Below are positions 39,306 to 48,915 of a stretch of DNA of 64,000 nt, one piece after another. Source of the stretch: a virus (taxonomy: Duplodnaviria > Caudoviricetes); IMG/VR virus record IMGVR_UViG_2565956960_000004, positions 12,102-76,101 of that record. One strand, written 5' to 3'. How positions within the stretch are numbered: position 1 is the stretch's first letter; every line of letters starts with the position of its first letter. Below the pieces are notes generated by a model. It was not told the DNA's origin. It did not search any database and saw nothing but the letters and a program-made list of their open reading frames with translations. Position numbers and translations under genes: made by a program.

Positions 39306-40198
39306 GAATAGCGATACTTTCATCGAATAAGGTGATTTCTGCATCTGAACTGATCATTGCCACTTTGAGAACTGATTTGGTGCCAGTACCTGTAAGTATT
39401 GAATTTGCAGTGAAACACACAAAGGAACTCGAAGAACAGCTGATTGATGGCGCAGAAATTTTAGTGAATGATTTCCCATATTCGTTTGAAATCGTTTATT
39501 CAAATCCGGTTAAGTCCCAGAGCATCAAGGACAATGCACGAATTGGTGGAATTTCCTGTATTGCTGTATTCAAAGGTTGTGTAAAGATTTTAGAAAATGC
39601 CAAAAAAGCTGTAATTCTAGACCAAACATCCTTCAATTCAGCATATAGGGCATGTGGTGCTTCAAACATACGTTTAGGCGACGATATTCCTTTACCCGAG
39701 TTCATTTGCTTGAATGGAAGTTTGATATCAAAACGTCTTGCACTTTACTTGCAGCAAGAAGCTGCTGTGTTTTGCTATAGAGACAACAAAATCTGTGTGC
39801 TGAAACTGGATACGATCTTTAAACAGGCACCAGTTTTAAAGTTAGATCCAAGTGAAGTGCAATGGTTCAATAGCAAGCAAATCGAGAAGCACCAAAAATC
39901 ATCCTATGTGTCAGTTGATCAAGATGGATCAACTTTTATTGGTGATGATACGACCACGAAAGGTCAATCAATCATTCAAAAGGCAGGGCTGGACGCTCGA
40001 CAATTGAAGAATCTTGAAAAAGTTTTAATTCCACGTGGCGTTGTTTTTCGTTCATTGAGTCTGGAACTCAAAGCAGGCGATGTGGTTGAGATTAATAAAA
40101 AGAACTATGTATTTCTTACTGTTGCTCATCAAGAACAAACGGGTGCAATTGGTGGAAATGTTGGTTCTATGACAAAAATATGGTTGGCAAGCTTATGA
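39302..40198 (+). CDS. Baseplate hub-like protein
   Basis: LKAGDVV....TVAH C-terminal pattern. Upstream of the spike gene. Confidence 0.55.
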   Translation: MRIAILSSNKVISASELIIATLRTDLVPVPVSIEFAVKHTKELEEQLIDGAEILVNDFPYSFEIVYSNPVKSQSIKDNARIGGISCIAVFKGCVKILENAKKAVILDQTSFNSAYRACGASNIRLGDDIPLPEFICLNGSLISKRLALYLQQEAAVFCYRDNKICVLKLDTIFKQAPVLKLDPSEVQWFNSKQIEKHQKSSYVSVDQDGSTFIGDDTTTKGQSIIQKAGLDARQLKNLEKVLIPRGVVFRSLSLELKAGDVVEINKKNYVFLTVAHQEQTGAIGGNVGSMTKIWLASL

Positions 40199-40458
40199 AT
40201 ACGACAAAAATCCTTGGTGAAGCTATTGGTATCCAAAGCCAAGGCACCATCGACAAAACAGAGACACAAACAAATACCGGACTGACCAGCGCCGTAATTG
40301 TGGGCCAGTTTATGCGTGGGCGATTTGATCAGCCAATGTCAATTCATCAGGGTAACATCCGCGGCCAACTCGGGTATGAACCGCAAAATCCTTTTTACAA
40401 TGCAGTGCTAGATTGCTTGGATACAGGGGTACCAAGTGTGCAAGTGCTTAGGGTTGGC
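40195..40458 (+). repeat. 264-bp dispersed repeat, copy 2
   Basis: See copy 1. Confidence 0.9.
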
Positions 40459-40740
40459 AATACACATAGCTCTAATATTTGCTCTCAAGTAGATCACTAT
40501 ATTTATGGAATTTATAATTTGGAGGGTATTGGGCAATTACCACTTGCAGAATATACCGCATTTGTAAGCTCTATTAAGATTACAGAACCCAATGGCGTGT
40601 TGATACCTGCAAACCAATATAACGTATCAATTAACGGCAATCAGGTTGCTCAGCTACAGTTTAATGAAGGCTCGCTACCAGATTTGGGCTTTATATTTTG
40701 TTCTAATAGACCATTATCTATCCTTCCGGCACCAATGTAA
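40195..40740 (+). CDS. Sheath-N-like module (copy 2) fused to a short Cys-bounded domain
   Basis: First 88 aa near-identical to 34749; unique C-terminus. Confidence 0.75.
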   Translation: MNTTKILGEAIGIQSQGTIDKTETQTNTGLTSAVIVGQFMRGRFDQPMSIHQGNIRGQLGYEPQNPFYNAVLDCLDTGVPSVQVLRVGNTHSSNICSQVDHYIYGIYNLEGIGQLPLAEYTAFVSSIKITEPNGVLIPANQYNVSINGNQVAQLQFNEGSLPDLGFIFCSNRPLSILPAPM

Positions 40741-40756
40741 CTCATAGGATAAGCAA

Positions 40757-41272
40757 ATGTTTTATGGATTTAAGAAAGCAAAAATACTTAGCTATGATGC
40801 TGGCAGTCGCACTGCAAAAATTCATATACCTGGCTTGACAGATGGGTCAGCTGAAGGCTTGACTGCAACATTTGCTTATCCGGTGGGTGACAGCGACAAA
40901 GACACAGAACGCGAAATTCTGGAAAATGAAGATGTTTATATTTTCTTCGAGAATAATGAGCAATCTCGACCTGTTATTGCATTTTACAGTAGTCACGGTA
41001 CAGGTGCGGTAGTTGATACACGGCGAATTCGTCAAGAAAATATTGAGCTATTGGCCCGATCGACAGTAAAAGTTGAAGCACCTGAATTTAGAGTGAAAGC
41101 AAAATTCATTCTAGAAGGTGATTTTGAGCATGAAGGTAATCAAACAACTAAAGGTACAATTTCAGCAACTGAAGATGTAGTAGCTGCGGGTGTATCTGGG
41201 AAGTCACATCCTCATGGCGGTGTAAGAACCGGTACTGATGAAAGTGGTCCGCCAGTCGCTTCTGGAACTTGA
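40757..41272 (+). CDS. Baseplate spike (gpV/gp45-like)
   Basis: OB-fold N-terminus. C-terminal SGKSHPHGGV..G..SGPP metal-binding tip. Confidence 0.8.
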   Translation: MFYGFKKAKILSYDAGSRTAKIHIPGLTDGSAEGLTATFAYPVGDSDKDTEREILENEDVYIFFENNEQSRPVIAFYSSHGTGAVVDTRRIRQENIELLARSTVKVEAPEFRVKAKFILEGDFEHEGNQTTKGTISATEDVVAAGVSGKSHPHGGVRTGTDESGPPVASGT

Positions 41273-41303
41273 TAAAATCTATCAGCCAATGACAAGCCAA
41301 AAT
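41263..41303 (+). promoter_or_regulatory. Putative late promoter TGGAAC-N29-CAAAAT
   Basis: Shared motif, overlapping the end of the spike gene. Confidence 0.72.
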
Positions 41304-41332
41304 TGAGTTAATTTTTATGGTTTGACTTTGTT

Positions 41333-42880
41333 ATGGCTGCTTCAGATATTTTAAATCTTTTGTTGGGACCAAGTGCAAATAGTACGATTCCATCAGAAGT
41401 TATGAATGCGAACCAAGAAGCTATGGCACAGATGTATGATGCTGTAGCACCATTTTCGCTAGGTACAAGTACAACAACAGAAAATAGAAAACGTACACGT
41501 AAAGAAATCCTGACCAAATGGGAACAAATGTTGAAATTTGCCCCTATTGCAGAGGGTATAGGCATCCATGTGATGGCTGCGTTGGGCGGTGATACGCACA
41601 GTGGGCAGCAAATTTTTATTACACCTGCTGAGCGTTTACGCGGTGAATTGAGTGTCACTGAAAAAGAGCAATTAAAAAAACTAGAAGCACGAATCAGACC
41701 TATCGAAATTATTATAAATAAATACATTACTAAGCTTTGCTCTGAAGGCATTTCATTTGGCGATTCATATGCCCGTGTTTACGGTAAAAAAGGAAAAGGT
41801 GTTACTGATCTATTAACCAATGAATACACCTATGCTCCCAATATTCAGGCATACGAACAGGGTAGTAAGACTGTTGCGTTTTTTGGTCTTAATCCCAAAA
41901 ATTGGTCAAAGGTAATTTCTAAGTTAAATGATCGCCAAATGGTGAGAATGAAACTGCCAAGAATCCAGAATGTTCCGCAGTTTGATCCGATTGAGTCTGG
42001 GTTAATTTCACAACTACTCGAAGAAGATGATCCTGATGAATTACCAATTTTTCCTGCGCAAGTTGGCGGTTCATTCTTATATGCCATTGAGAAAACATAT
42101 GATGACGTAATCCTTGCCTTAACAACGATGAATAGCCAGCAAGTCGCTGATGCTGTTAATCAAATGTTCTTGACGCTGAATATGGCAGGAATGCCACCAG
42201 CGCAGCGTGAGGCCTATATCCGTGGTCTAGAAGGTATGCTCAAAGATCATGAGAAATTTGTTAAAAATGCCATGGAGGGTGGCGAAGGTATCTGGAATAC
42301 GAAATATCATGTATTACCTACATGGGATGAGAAACAAATCTTAAATCCTGTTGGTGATATTAAAGGGCAGCGGACCGCACCAGTGAACATTGAAACTTTT
42401 ATGATCAATGTACGCCTGTTGATGGGCGGGATTGGTCTTGATCCTTCAATGGTTGGTTGGGCTGACATGTTATCAGGCGGTATTGGAGATGGAGCAGCCT
42501 TCCATACATCAAGTCAAATCATGCGCCGTTCGATGTATATTCGCCAATCAGCTGTGCAGCTTGTCAACGCTATCATGCGTATCGATTGGGGGTATTGTTA
42601 TAACGAGCACTTTGAGGCTGGCGAACTCGATTATCCTTGGCAAGTTGAATTCTCAAGTACTCAATCTGCAGCTGTGACTGAGGAAAATACTAATAAACAA
42701 ACTCAAATGAATACATCATTGCTTAAGATTCAAGTCATTAACTCACTTAAAGAATCATATTTAAGCGAAGAAACCATGCAATATATTCTAGAGAAAGATG
42801 CGGGTTTTAATTATGAAGATGCATGTCGAGTAGCTGCGGATATAGCTAAGTCACGTCCTGAACCTGGTGGAGAAGAATAA
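41333..42880 (+). CDS. Portal protein
   Basis: ~515 aa. FGDSYAR, GGSFL..IE and GIGLDPSMVG motifs. Confidence 0.7.
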   Translation: MAASDILNLLLGPSANSTIPSEVMNANQEAMAQMYDAVAPFSLGTSTTTENRKRTRKEILTKWEQMLKFAPIAEGIGIHVMAALGGDTHSGQQIFITPAERLRGELSVTEKEQLKKLEARIRPIEIIINKYITKLCSEGISFGDSYARVYGKKGKGVTDLLTNEYTYAPNIQAYEQGSKTVAFFGLNPKNWSKVISKLNDRQMVRMKLPRIQNVPQFDPIESGLISQLLEEDDPDELPIFPAQVGGSFLYAIEKTYDDVILALTTMNSQQVADAVNQMFLTLNMAGMPPAQREAYIRGLEGMLKDHEKFVKNAMEGGEGIWNTKYHVLPTWDEKQILNPVGDIKGQRTAPVNIETFMINVRLLMGGIGLDPSMVGWADMLSGGIGDGAAFHTSSQIMRRSMYIRQSAVQLVNAIMRIDWGYCYNEHFEAGELDYPWQVEFSSTQSAAVTEENTNKQTQMNTSLLKIQVINSLKESYLSEETMQYILEKDAGFNYEDACRVAADIAKSRPEPGGEE

Positions 42881-43593
42881 TGACTTTACGCTTAAACATT
42901 TCTAAATTTCGCAATGTAAGCGGCGTCTGGTCTGGTATGCCTATAGCTGAGGCCAAAATCTATTATGACCGTATTTACAGCTTGGGAAATCTATCATCAC
43001 TACATTACGGTGTTTGGTTGGAGCCATTTGATGAAAATGGAAAGATCGCTCAGGAAACGATTGAATTATTTAATACTTATGACCTGACGCATACTGAAGC
43101 CGGTGACTTTAATGCTTTTGAAAATGGTCAACAAGGGTTTGAAGCCAGTACCGTAATTGAGAATATTCCTTTAATGGACAATTCACGATTACCATGGCTG
43201 TGTCAAAGTATTGATTTATCCGTTCTGGATGCCCAGACAGATAGTGCAAATGTTGGGGCTTTTCAACTGAACTACATAACGGGTAATGCTTCTGGTGAAA
43301 TCTCTATCCCGTTTATTGAGACTAGAAATGCATCAATTTTGAATAGCGCTTTGGCGATAAAAGAGATCATGTTCCCTGGTGGGGAAAAGGGCGGAACCCA
43401 AGCTCTACCAGCAGATTATCTTATGAAGATGACAATCTATATCTATGACAAGCATAGTTTTTCAACCAGAGTGTTTGAAGTACAGCATTTGGTAGCTTTG
43501 CAAGCGGGAAGTATTCCGCTCGATGCGACAAATAAAAATGGGGTTGGGATTGTTACGCTTAATTTTATAAAAATGTTCCCGATGCTGAAATGA
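42880..43593 (+). CDS. Tube-fold baseplate/tail initiator-like protein
   Basis: I.IPFIET...P.DY..LD......VTLNF pattern. Confidence 0.45.
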   Translation: MTLRLNISKFRNVSGVWSGMPIAEAKIYYDRIYSLGNLSSLHYGVWLEPFDENGKIAQETIELFNTYDLTHTEAGDFNAFENGQQGFEASTVIENIPLMDNSRLPWLCQSIDLSVLDAQTDSANVGAFQLNYITGNASGEISIPFIETRNASILNSALAIKEIMFPGGEKGGTQALPADYLMKMTIYIYDKHSFSTRVFEVQHLVALQAGSIPLDATNKNGVGIVTLNFIKMFPMLK

Positions 43594-43594
43594 A

Positions 43595-43635
43595 TGGAAC
43601 TATAGAGATTTTATTTACTCTTTTACTGTAAAAAT
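43595..43635 (+). promoter_or_regulatory. Putative late promoter TGGAAC-N29-AAAAAT
   Basis: Shared motif. Stem 43636-43644/43655-43663 buries the GAGG RBS. Confidence 0.72.
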
Positions 43636-43670
43636 TGCCTCAATCACAAGAAATATTGAGGCATTTTTCA

Positions 43671-45581
43671 ATGCGTAATATCGACATTTTTAAACCACTC
43701 TACGGACCACACACCAGCCGGACTATTGCGGGCTTTGACTCAGCAGTAAATAGTGGCACGTGTTCAATTGGCCTGATCAATGGACAATTTCGTCAGCTGA
43801 ATGCAATTGTCACAGTGTCTGCCACGGATGAGGATCAATGGCGCATTGTTAACCTTTCAGGGTCAATCAATAATGTCGCTGCATTTGACTCTATTGCTGT
43901 GCTTGGCGCGGTAAGTAATGACCATGCCAGTGCTTTAGCACAATTGCAATTTGGACGCATGTTTGATGCTGTTGAAGAAGATGTTATTGAAACGAATACT
44001 CAAGGATTAGTCCGTCATCTGTCTACGCCACACTTCCATAAACACAAAAAATTAATTCAACGTGCGCATTTAGCCGCGTTGCAGGATATCCCATGCGCGG
44101 TAATACCTGATTGGGATGGTATCGAACTTAAAACTCATGAAGGCCAAACTGCCAACTTGTTATTGGATATGCAGCTCCATGATGATAATGGTGGTCTTTT
44201 AGCAAGTTTTGATGGCTTACCTCAATTGCTCGAGTCAATTGGTGCCGAATATGCCGATTTTGATTCGATTATTGTTGAGTATCAATACTTAGACAAATTG
44301 ATGAACATGCTTCATAAAGCCATGCAAACCAGTTCGAAAGGCGGTGTGAAGGTTACTAAGGTTGAGCAGAGCGAAAAACCATTCAGACATAAAAAAGTAC
44401 TGAATGTGGCTGTTTCATACGATTTTGAAGATGGTCAGACAATTACGATCCTATTTCACAATCCTGATCGTGATGCTAAGCGAATTGGTCCTCAAGATAC
44501 CTTGTTATCTTGGAAAATTTTGATGAATAATCGTGATGTGACTGGTGTTATTCAACCTAACCAGGGTGAAGGTATTGCATTGCCGGTATTGGCAGGTCGT
44601 ATCGTGAAATTGGTAAATCAAAATAGTGCGCGTTTTAAACGAACTCAAACTAAGAAAGCGGAAAATGCTAAGACATTGGCAGATACAGAGCAGCGTATTC
44701 TTGATAAACAAAACCAGAAAACGGCTTTGGCCGCTGAAATTGAAGGCTTATTGAGTAAGATTGATTCACTTAAAAACCAAAGCACCCAAGAAACGAATGA
44801 TGCCAACGTGGAAGATACTGCTGCTCAAGCAACACAGATGGCAAATCTTAAATCAGTGACCAAAGCCGAAGGCAAAGGTGTCTATGATGCATTAAGCATT
44901 CGCCATAGATGGCTTACGGGTGGTACCACTGAAGAATTCTTCAACCAGAACTATCCTGAAGGTATCAGTGAGGCTTTGGTTGATGCCAAAGCATTACTTG
45001 AGCGGCCATTTAGTAAAGTTGCTACAGCCAATGGACTGAAAGAATCCATTGAGCGGATGATCCAAACAGTAGAGCAAACAATTGCCCGTTGGCAGAAAGG
45101 TCTAGAAGAAAATACCGTTAAAACAAAAGTCTATCCTCCTATTGAGGATCATGGTAATGGTTTCTATAAAGCCTTCAAGAACGATAAGAAAATTGATGAT
45201 TGGACTGCTCATATCAACCCGAATGGTGAATGGGAAGTATCAGCAAACAATGCTCAATCTCGGGCTTGGAATAGAGGCTATGGAATGCCACGTTTCTTTA
45301 AAACTCTGGACGAAATGATTGCAAAGTACCCAGCCTTTGGAGCATTACCAGCATTGTTAAAAGCAAAAGAAATCGAGCCAGAAAATGGTGCAAATAATGA
45401 TGATGCTGACTATTTGAGTAAAGTCATCAAGGGTGAAGTGGACTTTTCTAATGCACCGGAAGTTGAGGCCCATCTGGAAGAAATCGGGAACCGGTTAGCT
45501 CCAGAGATTAATGATTTATTTGAGCAAGCTGTCAGTGCCTACTCTGTATATCAAGTTAATCAAGCTGCAACTGTAAACTAA
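43671..45581 (+). CDS. DarA-like internal head protein
   Basis: PF.....V......EDGQTITILFHNPD...W...N.RDVT..P.......LAGRI..L...NS.RF domain, coiled coil, DarA-C-like end. Confidence 0.7.
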   Translation: MRNIDIFKPLYGPHTSRTIAGFDSAVNSGTCSIGLINGQFRQLNAIVTVSATDEDQWRIVNLSGSINNVAAFDSIAVLGAVSNDHASALAQLQFGRMFDAVEEDVIETNTQGLVRHLSTPHFHKHKKLIQRAHLAALQDIPCAVIPDWDGIELKTHEGQTANLLLDMQLHDDNGGLLASFDGLPQLLESIGAEYADFDSIIVEYQYLDKLMNMLHKAMQTSSKGGVKVTKVEQSEKPFRHKKVLNVAVSYDFEDGQTITILFHNPDRDAKRIGPQDTLLSWKILMNNRDVTGVIQPNQGEGIALPVLAGRIVKLVNQNSARFKRTQTKKAENAKTLADTEQRILDKQNQKTALAAEIEGLLSKIDSLKNQSTQETNDANVEDTAAQATQMANLKSVTKAEGKGVYDALSIRHRWLTGGTTEEFFNQNYPEGISEALVDAKALLERPFSKVATANGLKESIERMIQTVEQTIARWQKGLEENTVKTKVYPPIEDHGNGFYKAFKNDKKIDDWTAHINPNGEWEVSANNAQSRAWNRGYGMPRFFKTLDEMIAKYPAFGALPALLKAKEIEPENGANNDDADYLSKVIKGEVDFSNAPEVEAHLEEIGNRLAPEINDLFEQAVSAYSVYQVNQAATVN

Positions 45582-45594
45582 GGAATTGCTTAAA

Positions 45595-45912
45595 ATGAAT
45601 GCATTAGAAAAATTGAAGCTCACAAAAGAGTTGCGTGGCCTGATTGAGTCAATTCCTGAAAAAAAGGGAATGGAGAAACTTCAAAGCACCAAGCGATTAC
45701 GTGAACTGATCGAGTTGCTTGGTGGAAAATCCAATGACGCTGTGAATAAGTTGTTTCAGTCTATCATTGACGGTGATGTCAAAGTTTCTGTTGAGCTACT
45801 ACAAAATGTTCGTAGTGAAGCCGAGAAAAACTTAGATGATCCACTATTACTTGAGGCAGTAAATGTTTTGATATCTCAAGTTAATGAGATAGTTGGAACT
45901 GAACAAGCCTAG
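45595..45912 (+). CDS. Small helical protein of the dar cluster
   Basis: Tandem M..EKL..TK.LR.LIE repeat. Confidence 0.7.
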   Translation: MNALEKLKLTKELRGLIESIPEKKGMEKLQSTKRLRELIELLGGKSNDAVNKLFQSIIDGDVKVSVELLQNVRSEAEKNLDDPLLLEAVNVLISQVNEIVGTEQA

Positions 45913-45934
45913 ACAAGCAAATAGCTTTCAAAAT
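45894..45934 (+). promoter_or_regulatory. Putative late promoter TGGAAC-N29-CAAAAT
   Basis: Shared motif. Stem 45930-45939/45946-45955. Confidence 0.72.
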
Positions 45935-45970
45935 AGTCCTTAAATGGGCTATTTTTTTTGAGTTTTATAA

Positions 45971-48841
45971 ATGAACAAGATCGATAATATTTCTAACGAT
46001 TCTGATGCATTAACCGCAATTGATGCAATGATTTCAAAATTGGGCAAACAAGTTATTACTGAATGGGATGGTGAAAAGGCCAGTAAAACGTACCAAGAAT
46101 ATCTATCAAATTTAGATCAATATGACGGCAAACTTTTAAGTGCATCGAAGGCTTATTTCAATGATCACCTCAATGGGAAGGTCGTTCAAACTAAAATAGG
46201 TTTGGTCCGTATTAATTCAAGATCCCGAGGAAAAGTGCATGACCGTATGCGGGATGTGAAATATCTTGCAATTCCATATATTCCTGATGTTTTAATGACG
46301 GGTGAAGTTGGTGATTTAGTACCTTTGAACAAAGATCGTGAAGATAGCGCCGTTGGTTATTATCATTTTACTAAGGGCATAAATCTTAAAGATTTCACCT
46401 TAAACATAACTTTGAAAGTCGCTTTAGATGCTGATGGCAATTTATTGTATTTCTTAGGGGCTGCAAAAGAAAAAGCCAACTTACGGTCTATCTCTCATGC
46501 TCAAGGCACCACAGACTCTAAAGCTGGCTTTGATTCTATTGAATCATACGAAGATGAAGAAATCAATATAATCGTACAAGTTTTAGACAAAGAAGGTAAT
46601 GCACTAACCGAAGAAGAAGCTGAAGCATTACTTTGGGGGGATAACCAAAAGGTTGGACCTAAGATCGTTAAAGGAAGAACCAACAATGTGAAAACGGCGA
46701 AGGGAACCAAGGTTTCTACCATTTTTGCAGTCGTCGAGTCTGACCAGGTGATAGTTTCACATACTGCCAGTGGAAGCGAAAACCCGAATTATCCGCAAGA
46801 ACTACAACCGCGGGACCGCAGCCGTGAGGCATCACAGGCGTGGGTTCAGAAAACTTCAAATACACTAGATCCTGAAAGTTTGGGCCGTTCTGGTCGAGCT
46901 GATACTGGAGCACCCATTATTGGGGATGATTTAGTGGTTGAATCTGGAAATGGCCGCACCATGGCAATACAACTTGCTTATGAGCGTGGCAGTGCCGATG
47001 AATATAAGCAATGGTTGATTGATGAGGCAGAGTATTTTGGATTTAGTTTTGAGCAACTAGAAAGCTTTAAACAACCTATTCTGGTCCGTATAAGAACATC
47101 GGAAGTTGATCGTGCACAATTCACTGTAGAGGCGAATCAAGATGACAAATTATCTTTTACTGCAACTGAAAGGGCAAAATCAGACGCCAAACGATTAGAT
47201 GAGAATTTAATATCTCTTTTTGCGCCTGGTGACGATGGTGATCTTTTAACGGTCGGTAATCAAAAGTTTGTTCAATCCTTTCTTAAATCCATCGGCGAAA
47301 CGGAAGCGGCTCAATATATCAGTACCGATGGAAAACCTACACAGGCCCTTGTAACGCGCATTAAAGCAGCAATATTTAGCAAGGCTTATAATGATGACCG
47401 CTTACTTGAAATGATGGCAGATCAATCAAAGCCGGATCTGCAAAACATGCTTAATGCGCTTAGTGTTGCGGCACCAAAATTTATTGAGGCACAAGCTGCC
47501 AGCCGTGGAAATGTCCAAGAAGTATCAAGTGCGATTGTTGATAGTATTGAACAGTCCCTTGATAAGCGTGTTGCAAATGCCATTATCGATGCTGCAAATA
47601 CAATCATGGCCGCTAAGAGCAATGACCAGGATATTGTGGAGTTTGTAAAACAGCAGGGACTGTTTGGGGATTTGGGCGAAGGTGTTGCAGAACTTGCAGT
47701 CTTTCTCGCTAAAAATAGCCGAAGTGCAAAGAAAATGAGCTTACTATTTAAGGCCATGGCTCAATTTGCAGAAAAACAGGCAATCGATGGGCAAAACATG
47801 GGGCTATTTGGAGAACCTGAGCCTGTAAGCATTAAAGATGCGATTAATTATGCCGTCACCATCATTGAAGAAAACTATGGTGAAAACACCAATTTAAGTA
47901 TGTTTGATTCAATTTGGAATGATAATACCTGGTTTGATCACCTTTTCGAAGGTTATAACCGTTTAACTGAATTTGATAAGAAAGCACATGAAGCAGCAAC
48001 TTCATCGCTGAATAGTTTAGATTCTCCAACTCAGGAACAGAAACTTACTGGTGAATACCAAAAAGGACGTTTCTCAATTGGTGATTTAAAAATAGCAATC
48101 GAAAATCCCGCCGGATCAACTCGATCTGGGGTTGATCCCGAAGGGAAAGAATGGAAAATAAAACTGAGTCATCATTATGGCTTCATTGAAAATACAACAG
48201 GTGCCGATGGTGATGAAATTGATGTGTTTGTTAAGAATCATCTGGCGCAAGAACCAGAATTTGCCTATATCATCAGTCAAATAAATTCAGATGGCTCATT
48301 TGATGAACAAAAAGTGATATTAGGTGCCGATACAGAAGAAGAAGCCCAAGCAATCTATATGTCTAATTATGCGGAAGGGTGGCAAGGTTTTGGGGGAATA
48401 AAAAAGATTTCAATGAAGGATTTGCTTACCAAGATTCAACATACGTGGTCCGAGTTCGACTCTTGGGCAATGGATGGAAACTACGAGCATATTCCAGTTG
48501 ATAAAATCAATATTGAAAATGCCCCAAAAATTCATGAAAGCAAAATAAGTAAAGAGGACCCAATTGTTGTAATAGAAAAACATGGGAAGTATTTTCTGGT
48601 TGCCGGCAAAGATCGCCTAGCGCTGGCTAAACAAAGAGGTGAAAAATTCATTCCCGCAATCATTTTTGATGATAAAGATGTGAAAACTTCAATCATTCAA
48701 AAGGCAATAAAACAAGCTGGTTCGTTAGTGGATCCTGTGGCATTGGCAGCGCTAATCATAGATGAGCTGGATAAAAGCTTGATGAAGGATTTTGATGATG
48801 CTTCTATTGCGTATTTAGACGTTCTTTATCAATCTAAGTGA
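45971..48841 (+). CDS. Polyvalent DdrB-like protein (LPD/BECR-like, DdrB-ParB, pyrophosphatase-like and ParB-like domains)
   Basis: LQPRDR..GAPII..VVESGNGR (DdrB-ParB); IAIENPAGSTRSG..HYG..GADGDEIDVF (pyrophosphatase-like); PIVV..YFLVAGKDR. Confidence 0.75.
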   Translation: MNKIDNISNDSDALTAIDAMISKLGKQVITEWDGEKASKTYQEYLSNLDQYDGKLLSASKAYFNDHLNGKVVQTKIGLVRINSRSRGKVHDRMRDVKYLAIPYIPDVLMTGEVGDLVPLNKDREDSAVGYYHFTKGINLKDFTLNITLKVALDADGNLLYFLGAAKEKANLRSISHAQGTTDSKAGFDSIESYEDEEINIIVQVLDKEGNALTEEEAEALLWGDNQKVGPKIVKGRTNNVKTAKGTKVSTIFAVVESDQVIVSHTASGSENPNYPQELQPRDRSREASQAWVQKTSNTLDPESLGRSGRADTGAPIIGDDLVVESGNGRTMAIQLAYERGSADEYKQWLIDEAEYFGFSFEQLESFKQPILVRIRTSEVDRAQFTVEANQDDKLSFTATERAKSDAKRLDENLISLFAPGDDGDLLTVGNQKFVQSFLKSIGETEAAQYISTDGKPTQALVTRIKAAIFSKAYNDDRLLEMMADQSKPDLQNMLNALSVAAPKFIEAQAASRGNVQEVSSAIVDSIEQSLDKRVANAIIDAANTIMAAKSNDQDIVEFVKQQGLFGDLGEGVAELAVFLAKNSRSAKKMSLLFKAMAQFAEKQAIDGQNMGLFGEPEPVSIKDAINYAVTIIEENYGENTNLSMFDSIWNDNTWFDHLFEGYNRLTEFDKKAHEAATSSLNSLDSPTQEQKLTGEYQKGRFSIGDLKIAIENPAGSTRSGVDPEGKEWKIKLSHHYGFIENTTGADGDEIDVFVKNHLAQEPEFAYIISQINSDGSFDEQKVILGADTEEEAQAIYMSNYAEGWQGFGGIKKISMKDLLTKIQHTWSEFDSWAMDGNYEHIPVDKINIENAPKIHESKISKEDPIVVIEKHGKYFLVAGKDRLALAKQRGEKFIPAIIFDDKDVKTSIIQKAIKQAGSLVDPVALAALIIDELDKSLMKDFDDASIAYLDVLYQSK

Positions 48842-48842
48842 T

Positions 48843-48883
48843 TGGAACATTTTAAAATTTAAACGCATTCCACCCCTTAACAT
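48843..48883 (+). promoter_or_regulatory. Putative late promoter TGGAAC-N29-TAACAT
   Basis: Shared motif. Stem 48874-48885/48900-48911 buries GAGG. Confidence 0.75.
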
Positions 48884-48915
48884 GGCCCTAAGAAAAATCC
48901 CATGTTGAGGGTTGT

